Of a stretch of DNA of 64,000 bases, positions 7,626 to 16,625 are shown one piece after another; the first letter of the stretch is position 1, and each line of letters opens with the position of its first letter. Source of the stretch: an uncultured Actinomycetota bacterium (GTDB lineage: Bacteria; Actinomycetota; Actinomycetes; Propionibacteriales; Nocardioidaceae). Location of the stretch: contig CAWJLT010000012.1 of NCBI GenBank assembly GCA_963843775.1, positions 954,223 to 1,018,222 of the forward strand, given 5' to 3'. A program made the position numbers and the translations under genes. The notes under the pieces were generated by a model. That model was not told the DNA's origin. It did not search any database and saw only the letters and a list, made by a program, of their open reading frames with translations.

Positions 7626-9011
7626 TCAGAGACGGGCTGCGTCGACCAGCTCGTGCATGGACTCCGTGATCGCGTCGGCGAGCACGTCGAGGTCGCGCGC
7701 CGTCTCGTAGTCTCCGGTGAGACCGAAGGTCAGGGTGTCCCGGTAGGAGAAGATCGCCACTCCGATCCGCACCCGGTCGGCGATCGGCACGTAGGGCAGC
7801 ACTTCCTGCAGCTCACAGCCCAATGCGTAGAGCGTCGCGCGGGGGCCGGGCACGTTGGTGGTCACGGTCGCGATCTGTCGCTGCGGTAGCCGCAGGCCGA
7901 GCCTGATGCCCTCGGACACAGCGGCGAAGGGACCGAACGCCGCGAGCGAGATCAGGCTGCCTCCGGCCTCCGGCTCGTGGCTGGCCTGCAGCTCGTGGAT
8001 CCGCCGATGGACGGTCTCCAGCCGCTCCACCGGGTCCGCCACGTCGACGGGCAGGTACGGGAGCATCAACGAGACCCGGTTGTCGGGGATGGACTCCTCG
8101 CCGGGTGCCCGCATCGAGACCGGGACCAGCGAGCGGAGTGCGTGTGCGTCAGGAGTCTCGCCGCGATGCTGGAGCAGGCGTCGGAAGCCTCCGGTCACCG
8201 CCGCGAGCGCGACGTCGTTCACTGTCACGTCGTGGGCGGCGCGCACGGTCCGGATGTCCGTCAGGGAGGCCTGCGTCCAGGCGTAGCGGCGACTCCCGTC
8301 GAGCGGTCCTGTCAGGGACGTGGCGTGGACCGGGCGCGCGGCGGCGGCGAGCTTCCACAGGCCCTGGGTCGAGGCCGAGGCGGTGAGGGCCAGCCGGCGC
8401 GGCGCTGCGACGGTCCTGATGACGGCTCGGGCGGTCTGCACCGGTGAGGCCACGACCTCGAGGATCGCGGCGGCCGTGAAGGACGCGGCGGAGTCGGGTG
8501 TCTTCGCCGTCCAGCCGTCGGCCACCGGCTCTCGCGGGGAGGCGGTGGGGTCGAGGATGAGACGGTAGAGATCAGAGCCGGAGACGCCGTCGACCATGCT
8601 GTGGTGGATCTTGGACAGCAGAGCCCATCGGCCGTCGGCCAGCCCCTCGCAGAACCAGTACTCCCACAAGGGACGATGGCGATCCATCCGTTGTGACATC
8701 ACCCCGCTGATGAACTCGTCGATCTCGTGGCGACCGCCCGGACTCGGCAGGGCCGCACGCCGGAGATGCCTGCTGAGGTCGAACTCCGGATCATCGACCC
8801 ACGCCGGTGTGGCCAGGTCGAAGACCACGCGCCTCACTTTCTGGCGGTACCGCGGGATCAGCGGAAGGCGGCCCTCGATCGTCCTGGCGAACTCGTCGAA
8901 GTCAGGTGCGGGTCCCTCGAAGACGGCGAGGGAGCCGATCGCCAACGACGCGTGCTGATCGACGTCCTCGGCCTCGAGGAAGGTGGCTGCGAGCGGAGTG
9001 AGTCTGTCCAC
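7626..9011 (-). CDS. Wax ester synthase/diacylglycerol acyltransferase (WS/DGAT, Tgs-like)
   Basis: It has the HHSMVDGVSG active-site motif (HHxxxDG) and the typical N-terminus LTPLAATFLEAED. A GTG start at 9011 fits better than the track ATG at 9212. Confidence 0.85.
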   Translation of the reverse strand: MDRLTPLAATFLEAEDVDQHASLAIGSLAVFEGPAPDFDEFARTIEGRLPLIPRYRQKVRRVVFDLATPAWVDDPEFDLSRHLRRAALPSPGGRHEIDEFISGVMSQRMDRHRPLWEYWFCEGLADGRWALLSKIHHSMVDGVSGSDLYRLILDPTASPREPVADGWTAKTPDSAASFTAAAILEVVASPVQTARAVIRTVAAPRRLALTASASTQGLWKLAAAARPVHATSLTGPLDGSRRYAWTQASLTDIRTVRAAHDVTVNDVALAAVTGGFRRLLQHRGETPDAHALRSLVPVSMRAPGEESIPDNRVSLMLPYLPVDVADPVERLETVHRRIHELQASHEPEAGGSLISLAAFGPFAAVSEGIRLGLRLPQRQIATVTTNVPGPRATLYALGCELQEVLPYVPIADRVRIGVAIFSYRDTLTFGLTGDYETARDLDVLADAITESMHELVDAARL

Positions 9012-9138
9012 GGGCCCAGCCTCGTCCAGCGACGGAGCGTGCAGCAGAGGCGAAGGTCCTGTCCGCGGTCGGTCTTCGCCCCCAGGCAGGGGACCTCCGA
9101 CCCTGCCGTGGCACGCCACGGAGGAGCAGGGTCGACGC

Positions 9139-10506
9139 ATGGCCACCAGACCGATCGATCCTGTGGACACCATCTGGCTCAACATGGACCGCGCCAACAA
9201 CCTGATGGTCATCGAGAGCCTGATGATGCTGGAGAGTCCGCCGGACTGGGAGCGGTTCCTCGACGTCCTGCAGCGACGGGTGGTCGACGTCTACCCCGTG
9301 TTCAGCCAGCGCGCCGTCCCGGCCGTGGCCGGTCTGCCCCTCCTGCCGTCGCGCTGGGAGGACGACGCCGACTTCTCGCTGACACGTCATGTCCACCGGG
9401 TCACGCTGCCCGGCCCCGGGGGTGATGGGGAGCTTCAGGCCTACGTGACCTCGCACCTGAGTACGCCGCTGCCGCGTGACCGTCCGCTCTGGGAGATGCA
9501 CCTCGTCGACGGCTACCGCGACGGCGCGGCGATCTACAGCCGCCTGCACCACGCCATGGCTGACGGGATCGCGCTGACACAGGTGTTGCTGTCGCTCACC
9601 GACGAGACGCCGGAGGTCGCCGCCGACGCGCCCCCGACGATGCGGCCGTCCACGCGCAGTCGGCTCGGCTCGGCGGTGCACCTGGCCGGCGCCACTGCGT
9701 CGTTTCTGCTCGACGCCCCCCGTCTGCTCACCACCGCACATCTGGGCGAGGCCGTGAAGCTCGCCGCGAAGACCACCGGTGTCACCACGAAGCTGCTGCT
9801 CGCCCGGAACCCGGACTCAGTCGTGTCCGGCGTGGCCACGGTGTCCAAGCGTGCCATCTGGGCTCCGCCGATCCCGCTGGACGAGGTCGTGTCGGTCGCC
9901 CACAGGACGGGCACCACGGTCAACGACGTGCTGATGTCGGCCCTCGCGGGGGCGTTGTCGACGTACCTCACGACGCATCACGGTGTGGCCGTCGACATCC
10001 CGACGATGGTGCCGATCAACCTGCGTCCGCACGACGAGCCGTTGCCCCGTGAGCTGGGCAACCGGTTCGCCCTGGTGTTGTACACGCTGCCCAGCGGTCT
10101 GGGGACGTCGTTCGCCCGACTGGCCGAGACCAAACGCCGGATGGACGCGATCAAGAGCTCGCCGGAGGCGTTGCTGACCATGGGGATGATCCAGGGGATC
10201 GGGCACACCGGCCCCGAGCTCGAACGGCTCGTGGTCGACTTCTTCGCGAACAAGGCGACAGGGGTGACCACCAACGTGCCAGGGCCGTCGACGTCGCGAT
10301 ACGTGGCGGGAACGCGTATCGCGGCCATGCTCGGGTGGGCTCCGGAGTCGGGCAACCAGGCGTTGGGGACTGCCATCTTCAGCTACGACGGGTCCGTGTT
10401 CGTCGGGTTCAAGGTGGACACCGGCATCATCACCCACCCCGAGGACCTTCTGGCGGCGTTCAACGACGAGATCGAAGCGTTGCGCCGAATGGCCCCGGCC
10501 GGCTAG
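9139..10506 (+). CDS. WS/DGAT family O-acyltransferase (second, diverged copy)
   Basis: It has the HHAMADGIAL motif. The start MATRPIDPVDTIWLNMD at the 9139 ATG is in frame with the track ORF 8983..10506. Confidence 0.85.
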   Translation: MATRPIDPVDTIWLNMDRANNLMVIESLMMLESPPDWERFLDVLQRRVVDVYPVFSQRAVPAVAGLPLLPSRWEDDADFSLTRHVHRVTLPGPGGDGELQAYVTSHLSTPLPRDRPLWEMHLVDGYRDGAAIYSRLHHAMADGIALTQVLLSLTDETPEVAADAPPTMRPSTRSRLGSAVHLAGATASFLLDAPRLLTTAHLGEAVKLAAKTTGVTTKLLLARNPDSVVSGVATVSKRAIWAPPIPLDEVVSVAHRTGTTVNDVLMSALAGALSTYLTTHHGVAVDIPTMVPINLRPHDEPLPRELGNRFALVLYTLPSGLGTSFARLAETKRRMDAIKSSPEALLTMGMIQGIGHTGPELERLVVDFFANKATGVTTNVPGPSTSRYVAGTRIAAMLGWAPESGNQALGTAIFSYDGSVFVGFKVDTGIITHPEDLLAAFNDEIEALRRMAPAG

Positions 10507-10889
10507 ACCGGTTGGACGGTCGGGTCGGCCGCCTCGGCGAACTCGCAGAACGCGTCGTAGGCCCGCGGGCCGAAGATCGTGGCGGGACCGCCGTTCATCA
10601 AGAAGGTGACGCCGATGGCCTCGGCTGCCTCCTGCCGGGTCGCTCCGGCGCGTACTGCGGCCTGGGCGTGCGAGGCGATGCACCCGTCGCACTCCTCGAC
10701 GACGCCGATCGCGAGGGCGATGAGCTCCTTGGTCTTCACCTCGAGGGCCCCGGGAGCGAACGATGCTCGGTGCAGCTCGCCGAAGCCGTGGTAGACGTCG
10801 GGGATCGCGCGTCGGAGTGCGCGGTGCAAGGGCGAGAGGTCGTCCAGGACCTCCTTGCCGTGCCCGGCGCTGTGGTCCGTGGTGGTCAT
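10503..10889 (-). CDS. Carboxymuconolactone decarboxylase / AhpD-like alkylhydroperoxidase family protein
   Basis: 128 aa with a CxxC-type motif (EECDGCIASHAQAA), typical of the AhpD core. Confidence 0.85.
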   Translation of the reverse strand: MTTTDHSAGHGKEVLDDLSPLHRALRRAIPDVYHGFGELHRASFAPGALEVKTKELIALAIGVVEECDGCIASHAQAAVRAGATRQEAAEAIGVTFLMNGGPATIFGPRAYDAFCEFAEAADPTVQPV

Positions 10890-11020
10890 GGGGATTTCCT
10901 TTCGTGATGCCTGTCAGAGGCACCCTTCGAGCGGTGGGTGTGACTAGTGGTGACCCTTGGCTGCCGACGTCGCAGGACTTCAAGATACCGAGGGGGGTAT
11001 AGCGGCCCTAGGGGCTTTGG

Positions 11021-11905
11021 TCATCTCTCGCCGGGACCAGTCGGGGGAACGATCTCGACGGGGCAACGTGCCTCGTGCAGGACCGCGCGGGTGACTGACC
11101 CGAGGTGGTGCAGGACACCGGGGTGCTCCGGGCGTGCGAGCAGCACACGGTCTGCTGTCGCGGAGGCGCTGACGAGCGCGAACGCGGGCTGGGCGTGCAG
11201 CACCTCCACGCGGAGCGCGACGTCGGGGTATCCCTGCCTGAGGTCGTTCATCACTGGTTCGATCAGGCTGGTCATGCGATGCCCGTAGCCGTCGGCGTCG
11301 ACGCGGCTGGCGATGATGTCGTCGTACCCGGACTGGAGCTTCCAGGCGTGTACGACGAGCAGCTCGGCCTTGCCTCCGTGCGCCAGGGCCAGGCCGGCCG
11401 CGAGCAGCCCTGGGGCGTCACCCAGCGACTTCAAGCCGACCACGACGCGGTCGTGCTTCTCGCTGGCGTCCCACTCAGGGGCGACGACGACGACCGGGCA
11501 CTCCGCTCGGGCGGCAGCTCCGCCGACGATGTCGCCGGTCCAGATGCGGCCGACGAAGGAGCGACGTTCGGCTCCGAGGACAAGCAGCAATGCGCGCTCG
11601 GCCATGGAGACCAGGGTGGGTACCGCGCTCCCGGAGAGAAGGTGAGTTCTCACCTTCACGCTCGGGGTCGCCGAGCGGGCGACGGCTTCGGCGTCGTCGA
11701 GCAGCCTCCGCCCGTAGGCGGCGAGTGTCTGGTCGTCGATCATCGGGATGTCGCCATGGGTGTCGCCGTCACCAGGTGTGGCATGGACGATGTCGAGCTC
11801 GGCGCCCAGCCGCTGGGCCTCGAGCGCGGCGTACTCCACGCCTCTGTTGCTTGCCGGGGTGGCGTCGATCCCGACGACGATCTGTGCTGCCGTTTCGCTA
11901 GCCAT
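11021..11905 (-). CDS. Universal stress protein, tandem USP domains
   Basis: 294 aa. It contains two USP-like halves, each ending with the G-x2-G-x9-G(S/T)V pattern (e.g. HHLGSVTRAVLHEARCPV). Confidence 0.85.
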   Translation of the reverse strand: MASETAAQIVVGIDATPASNRGVEYAALEAQRLGAELDIVHATPGDGDTHGDIPMIDDQTLAAYGRRLLDDAEAVARSATPSVKVRTHLLSGSAVPTLVSMAERALLLVLGAERRSFVGRIWTGDIVGGAAARAECPVVVVAPEWDASEKHDRVVVGLKSLGDAPGLLAAGLALAHGGKAELLVVHAWKLQSGYDDIIASRVDADGYGHRMTSLIEPVMNDLRQGYPDVALRVEVLHAQPAFALVSASATADRVLLARPEHPGVLHHLGSVTRAVLHEARCPVEIVPPTGPGER

Positions 11906-12056
11906 GTCGGTCCCTTCCGATCAGCCCATGTTCCACGCCATCCAGCGGTCCGCAGCAGGGTCTCTGGGCCCTAGCGGCTGGGCCGAAGGTCTCCTCCCGT
12001 TTGCGCGTGCCGTTTCCCAGGGGGTTCGAGTCACGGTCTGGCCTAGGTTGGGACGC

Positions 12057-12539
12057 ATGGACATCGAGGAACTGCTTCTCCCCGGGGTGGGACTGCGCTA
12101 CGAGTTCGTCAACCACCGTGGTGCCCGGGTGGGGGTCGTGGCTCTCCGCAGCGGCGGGTTCGAGGTTTCGCTCTACGAGGGGACCGATCCCGATCTTGCT
12201 ACCTCGACATTCCATCTCGATCCCCAGGAAGCTGACGCGCTGGCCCAGATCCTGGGGGCACCCCGGATCTCCGAGCGGTTCGCCGACCTCACCCGCGAAG
12301 TGCCTGGACTGTCCGCGGGGCAGGTCGAGATCAAGGCTGGTGGAACCTACGCCGACCGCCCACTCGGAGAGACCAGAGCCCGCACCCGTACCGGCGCGTC
12401 CATCGTGGCGCTGGTCCGCGGCGACCACGTGGTCGCCTCACCCGGACCGGCTGAGATCCTGCGGGCGGGTGACGTCCTCGTGGTCATCGGAACCAGTGAG
12501 GGTCTGTCGGGGGTCGTGAGCCTGATCGCCTCCGACTGA
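12057..12539 (+). CDS. Cation:proton antiporter regulatory subunit (KhtT/YhaT-like, TrkA_C/RCK_C domain)
   Basis: The ATG at 12057 opens MDIEELLLPGVGLRYEF, and the C-terminal part reads LGETRARTRTGASIVALVRGDHVVASPGPAEILRAGDVLVVIG. It lies directly upstream of a CPA2 gene. Confidence 0.75.
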   Translation: MDIEELLLPGVGLRYEFVNHRGARVGVVALRSGGFEVSLYEGTDPDLATSTFHLDPQEADALAQILGAPRISERFADLTREVPGLSAGQVEIKAGGTYADRPLGETRARTRTGASIVALVRGDHVVASPGPAEILRAGDVLVVIGTSEGLSGVVSLIASD

Positions 12540-12540
12540 C

Positions 12541-13713
12541 GTGGCGGTCTCGACAGGGTTGTTGCTCGAGCTCGGACTGCTGCTGCTGGTGCTGACGGTT
12601 CTCGGCTCCGGTGCCCGCAAGGTGGGGTTGTCACCGATCCCGCTCTACCTGCTGGCGGGGCTGTTCCTCGGCCAGGGCGGGATCGCGCCCGTGGCGGCCA
12701 CCCATGACTTCGTCGAGGCGGGAGCCTCGATCGGTCTGGTGCTGCTGCTGCTCGTCCTGGGACTCGAGTTCACCGTCGACGAGTTCACCACCAGCCTGCG
12801 TCGTCACCTGGGGTCAGCGGTCGTCGACCTCGTCCTCAACGCGACACCCGGGGCCCTGGCCGGTTGGTTGATCGGTCTCGACGCCGTGGGGGTCGTGGCC
12901 CTCGCGGGCGCGACGTACATCTCGTCCTCAGGCATCATCGCGCGAGTGCTCGGAGACCTGCAGCGGTTGGGCAACCGGGAGACCCCGGCCGTCCTCTCCG
13001 TCCTCGTCCTCGAGGACTTCGCCATGGCCGCCTACCTCCCCGTCCTGGCCGTGCTCGCCTCGGGAGGCACCTGGTGGCAGGCAGTCATCGGCGTCGCGGT
13101 CGCTCTGGGCGCCTTGAGCGGCGCCCTGGTGGCCTCGCAGCGCTACGGTCACCGCGTGGGACAGCTGGTCTCCCACCCCGATGCCGAGCAGCTGCTCCTG
13201 CGGGTCCTGGGCCTCACGCTCGTCGTCGCCGCCTTCGCCGAGTTCGTCCACGCCTCCGCCGCGGTCGGAGCCTTCCTCGTCGGCCTCACCCTCACCGGCG
13301 ACGTCGCGGTCAGGGCACGAGCCGTCCTCTCACCCCTGCGGGACCTGTTCGCAGCGGTGTTCTTCCTCGCCATCGGTCTCTCCGTCGACCCCGCCGACCT
13401 GCTGCCTGCCCTCCCTGTGGCCATCCTGCTGGCGGTCGTGACGGCCCTGACCAAGATCGCCACCGGCTGGTACGCAGCCGGCCGGGAAGGGGCTGGGTCC
13501 CCGGGGCGGTGGCGTGCCGGGACCGTGTTGACGGCCCGCGGGGAGTTCTCCCTGGTCATCATCGGCCTGGTCGGGACCCAGCACGCATCGCTGGGCGACC
13601 TGGTGACCGCCTACGTCCTCGTGCTCGCCATCGTGGGTCCACTCCTCGCCCGAGCGCCCGCTCCCAGCCTGCTCGTAGGTCCCAGGACGAAACCCGTGGA
13701 CCCGGGGCCTTGA
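12541..13713 (+). CDS. CPA2-family cation:proton antiporter (KhtU/YhaU-like)
   Basis: 390 aa and polytopic, with a Na+/H+ exchanger-type helix pattern. It starts 2 nt after the KhtT-like stop. Confidence 0.85.
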   Translation: MAVSTGLLLELGLLLLVLTVLGSGARKVGLSPIPLYLLAGLFLGQGGIAPVAATHDFVEAGASIGLVLLLLVLGLEFTVDEFTTSLRRHLGSAVVDLVLNATPGALAGWLIGLDAVGVVALAGATYISSSGIIARVLGDLQRLGNRETPAVLSVLVLEDFAMAAYLPVLAVLASGGTWWQAVIGVAVALGALSGALVASQRYGHRVGQLVSHPDAEQLLLRVLGLTLVVAAFAEFVHASAAVGAFLVGLTLTGDVAVRARAVLSPLRDLFAAVFFLAIGLSVDPADLLPALPVAILLAVVTALTKIATGWYAAGREGAGSPGRWRAGTVLTARGEFSLVIIGLVGTQHASLGDLVTAYVLVLAIVGPLLARAPAPSLLVGPRTKPVDPGP

Positions 13714-13788
13714 CGCCTTCGCTGCCCTGGTCCCGGCTGGGTGGCAAGCGATCCGCCACCCAGCCGGAACGAGCCAGCGACTCGATCC

Positions 13789-15615
13789 TCAGCGCTGGTC
13801 GGGACCGACCCGCAGCGTGGTGCCTCCCGTGACGGTTCCTTCGGCATCGGGCACGATCCGGGGGGCCGGAGCAACAGCCTTCGAGGTCCACTGACGCGTC
13901 CTGGCCCGGTTCGGCGCCTGAGCGACGATGTGGTCGGCCATGATGTCGAACTGCTCCTGGATGGTCCACGGCGTCCAACCGTGTCCAGCGTTCTGGCCGT
14001 AGAGGAACTGGGCGTCCGGTGCGGGGTTCGACAGCTTCGAGACGACGGCGTCGAACTTGTCCACACCGTTGTCCAGGAAGTAGTTGTCGTTGTCGCCGAC
14101 GTAGACGTGGATCTTGCCCTTCAGGTCGGCGCCGATCTTCGACCAGTTCTTCTCGATGTAGTCGGCCAGGTCCATCGGCTTCCACTGGTCCACGACGGCG
14201 TGGTCGATCTCACCGGTCGCCTTGTCCCACGGCTGTGCGGGATAACCGTCGCGGCCCTGTGGGCCGAAGACGGCGTTCCAGATGTCCCACTGGCCCATCG
14301 AGCGCCCCTTGGTGCCCATCGCGAGCTCCCAGTGGTTCTCCTGTCCCATGGTGTAGCTCGTGTCACCACTGGTCTCGCGCGCCGAGGGGCGGTCCACATC
14401 GGTCCACGGGTTCTCGTTGCGGTAGGCGTTCTGGTCGTCATAGAGGTTGATGACCTGGTGGGCGTGGAAGTCGAGGCTGTCGGGGTAGCCGGACCAGACA
14501 CCGCCATAGCTGTTCGGGTAGAAGATCTGGGTCGCCAGCGAGATCCAGCCGCCGGTGGATCCACCGGTCAGGACGCGTGACCACGGAGCCCCGATGCTTC
14601 GGAACTTCCGGTCGAGCTGCGGCATGAGCTCCTTGTTGAGCGCGTCGCCGTACGGCCCCAGGTTGGCGGAGTTGACGTTGTAGGAGTCGTCGTAGAACGG
14701 GTTCTCGGTGCGGAACTGCACCGAGATGAAGCGGGGGGCGTCCCCGGAGAGCCACCACGTGGAGAAGTCGTTGGTCTTCTCCTCGTTGAACCTGTGCGGC
14801 GCGTTGCCCGGATAGTGGCCCTCGCTGATCTCCATGGGGTAGCGCACGGTCCGGTTGGCCGGATCGTCGTACCCCTCGGGCAGCAACACGTCCGCCGCAA
14901 CGTAGATGTCGCGTCCCCAGTACGTCGACAGGGCCTCGCTACGGATCTTGACGTGACGCACGTGGGTGGAGTCGGTCGGGTTGCCCTGCTGACAGGTGCC
15001 CCCGGCCGGCACCGGGTCAGTCGGCTCGATCCTGTTGTCCAGCTTCAGGTCGAGCCGGGTGGCTCGTCGGGGATCGATCGTGACGGTCTTCGGAGTGCTG
15101 TACAGGTTCCCCGGGGAGTTCCACAGGTTGCCACCGTCACCGCACGGGAAGTGCACCTTCACCGTCGTGCCGTCGGCACGCTTCGCGGTCTCGTAGACGT
15201 TGAAGAACGCCTGCACCACGTACTGGCCGCGGGGCAGGTCGTCGAGCGCCTTCACCGGGTAGCCGTAGGTCCGTGAGCCGTCCTCGGTCCCGCCGCGCAG
15301 CACGGTGGAACCCCCCGGACGCAGCCGGTCGACGTCCTTGCCCCACAGCGCCGTCGCTCCGATGACGTCGATCTCGTCACGTGGCTCCTCTCCCGCTTCC
15401 AGGTCCGAGGCCCGGGAGACCAGGAAGTAGGCGCGGCCATCGACCTTCCGATCCGCCACCGACTTGTCCAGCGAGACCCGCACGCTCACGCCGGCCTGCC
15501 GCTCCGCGTCGTCGGACGCGCGACTGTGGCCCACGCCCGCCGCCATCGTGGTGCCGAGGAGACCGACGAGGCCCAACCCAGCCACCCAGTTGTTCCTGGT
15601 GAATGTGCGTAGCAA
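13789..15615 (-). CDS. Secreted alpha/beta-hydrolase, esterase-like
   Basis: 608 aa with an N-terminal signal peptide. It has a GGSTGGW nucleophile-elbow-like motif and resembles the 'putative esterase' type. The family assignment is tentative. Confidence 0.55.
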   Translation of the reverse strand: MLRTFTRNNWVAGLGLVGLLGTTMAAGVGHSRASDDAERQAGVSVRVSLDKSVADRKVDGRAYFLVSRASDLEAGEEPRDEIDVIGATALWGKDVDRLRPGGSTVLRGGTEDGSRTYGYPVKALDDLPRGQYVVQAFFNVYETAKRADGTTVKVHFPCGDGGNLWNSPGNLYSTPKTVTIDPRRATRLDLKLDNRIEPTDPVPAGGTCQQGNPTDSTHVRHVKIRSEALSTYWGRDIYVAADVLLPEGYDDPANRTVRYPMEISEGHYPGNAPHRFNEEKTNDFSTWWLSGDAPRFISVQFRTENPFYDDSYNVNSANLGPYGDALNKELMPQLDRKFRSIGAPWSRVLTGGSTGGWISLATQIFYPNSYGGVWSGYPDSLDFHAHQVINLYDDQNAYRNENPWTDVDRPSARETSGDTSYTMGQENHWELAMGTKGRSMGQWDIWNAVFGPQGRDGYPAQPWDKATGEIDHAVVDQWKPMDLADYIEKNWSKIGADLKGKIHVYVGDNDNYFLDNGVDKFDAVVSKLSNPAPDAQFLYGQNAGHGWTPWTIQEQFDIMADHIVAQAPNRARTRQWTSKAVAPAPRIVPDAEGTVTGGTTLRVGPDQR

Positions 15616-15770
15616 GACCGACTCCGCTCGTTGGCTGCGCTGAGGCGTCGGACCTCACGACTCAGGCCCCGGACGCTCTGGTCAGGCCATGATCGACCGC
15701 GGGCGAGGGGGTGTCAACGGAACCGCGACCCGGGCTGTGGCGCCTCCTGAGCGGATGGACACCGGCTCGG

Positions 15771-16142
15771 TCAGGTGTCCGACGGGTTGGCGGCGGAGAG
15801 CTCGGCGAGCCTGATCAGGCAGTGTTGGCGGAGCGGTTCCGGGAAGCCCTGCGCCAGCCGGTAGAACACCATGCGCCCTTCCTTGCGTCGGTTGACGAGC
15901 CCCGCGGTGCGGAGCATCCGGAGTCCGTAGCCGACCGAGTCCTCGGAGGCATCGAGCGCCAGGGCCAGGTCTCCGACGCAGAGCTCCTCGGCGGCATCCA
16001 GCGCGAACAGCAGGCGCATGCGGGTGGGATCGGCGATCAGGGTGAGCACGCTGGTGACTCGTTCAGCCTCCGACGGCCCCGGGATGCGCTCCTTGGCGCG
16101 GTCGACTGCCCCGGGGTCAACGGGGTGTGCGTGGTCGGGCAT
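15771..16142 (-). CDS. ArsR/SmtB-family metalloregulator
   Basis: 123 aa from the ATG at 16142. The sequence LIADPTRMRLLFALDAAEELCVGDLALALDASEDSVGYGLRMLRTAGLVNRRKEGRMVFYRL is a canonical winged HTH. The ELCVGDLA motif has a single Cys in the alpha3 position. Confidence 0.9.
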   Translation of the reverse strand: MPDHAHPVDPGAVDRAKERIPGPSEAERVTSVLTLIADPTRMRLLFALDAAEELCVGDLALALDASEDSVGYGLRMLRTAGLVNRRKEGRMVFYRLAQGFPEPLRQHCLIRLAELSAANPSDT

Positions 16143-16158
16143 GGTCGTCCTCCAGGAA

Positions 16159-16182
16159 ACACCCGCATGACGACACGGGTGT
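16159..16182. promoter_or_regulatory. Candidate ArsR operator: 7-bp perfect inverted repeat ACACCCG-N10-CGGGTGT
   Basis: It lies 17-40 nt upstream of the arsR start, in the divergent arsR / nuoA-like intergenic region. Confidence 0.4.
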
Positions 16183-16213
16183 CGGGTATGTAGCGTAGGT
16201 CCTGACCGGCGCC

Positions 16214-16268
16214 CAGCCAACATCCGCAGCCAACCATCACAGCCAACATCCACAGCCAACGTCCACAG
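16214..16268 (+). repeat. Tandem 13-bp repeat CAGCCAAC(N)TCCA, four full copies plus a partial fifth, running into the nuoA-like RBS
   Basis: The units are cagccaacatccg / cagccaaccatca / cagccaacatcca / cagccaacgtcca / cagcgaaggagg. GAAGGAGG sits 5 nt before the GTG at 16284. Confidence 0.85.
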
Positions 16269-16283
16269 CGAAGGAGGTGGCCG

Positions 16284-16625
16284 GTGACTTCGCTGTTGTT
16301 CCTCATCGTCGCCTCGCTCGGCGCCGTGGTGGCCCTCCGACTGCTGGCCCGTTGGACCACGGTGTCGGCGAGTCCCTTCGAGGTCGAGCCGTGGCTGTCG
16401 GGACATCGTCCGACCGAGCACGCACTCTCGAGGTACCACGCCCGCTGGTACACGGCCAGCGTGGTGTTCCTCGCCTTCGACGTCGAGATGCTCTTCATGT
16501 ATCCCTGGGCGGTCGTGGTGGGACACCTCGGGCCGGGGGCCGTGGTGGAGATGTTCGGGTTCCTGCTGGTGCTGTTGCTGGCCGTCGGTTGGGCGCGCCG
16601 CGAAGGAGCGTTCCGGTGGGCCTGA
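16284..16625 (+). CDS. nuoA: NuoA-like (ND3-type) membrane subunit
   Basis: 113 aa. The segment YHARWYTASVVFLAFDVEMLFMYPWAVV matches the conserved NuoA core (FDvE..flyPWA). Confidence 0.85.
   Translation: MTSLLFLIVASLGAVVALRLLARWTTVSASPFEVEPWLSGHRPTEHALSRYHARWYTASVVFLAFDVEMLFMYPWAVVVGHLGPGAVVEMFGFLLVLLLAVGWARREGAFRWA

Noticed and set aside
9817-10983. 388-aa minus-strand ORF overlapping the second WS/DGAT gene and the AhpD-like gene
   Set aside because: It is out of frame with the AhpD-like gene on the same strand and antisense to the WS/DGAT gene. Its product is Arg/Pro/Gly-rich with no recognisable family.
16277-16615. N-terminal 113 codons of track ORF 16277..17668
   Set aside because: This part overlaps the NuoA-like gene in another frame and is Arg/Gly-rich. 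Homology-like signal only begins after the GTG at 16616, so I start the gene there.
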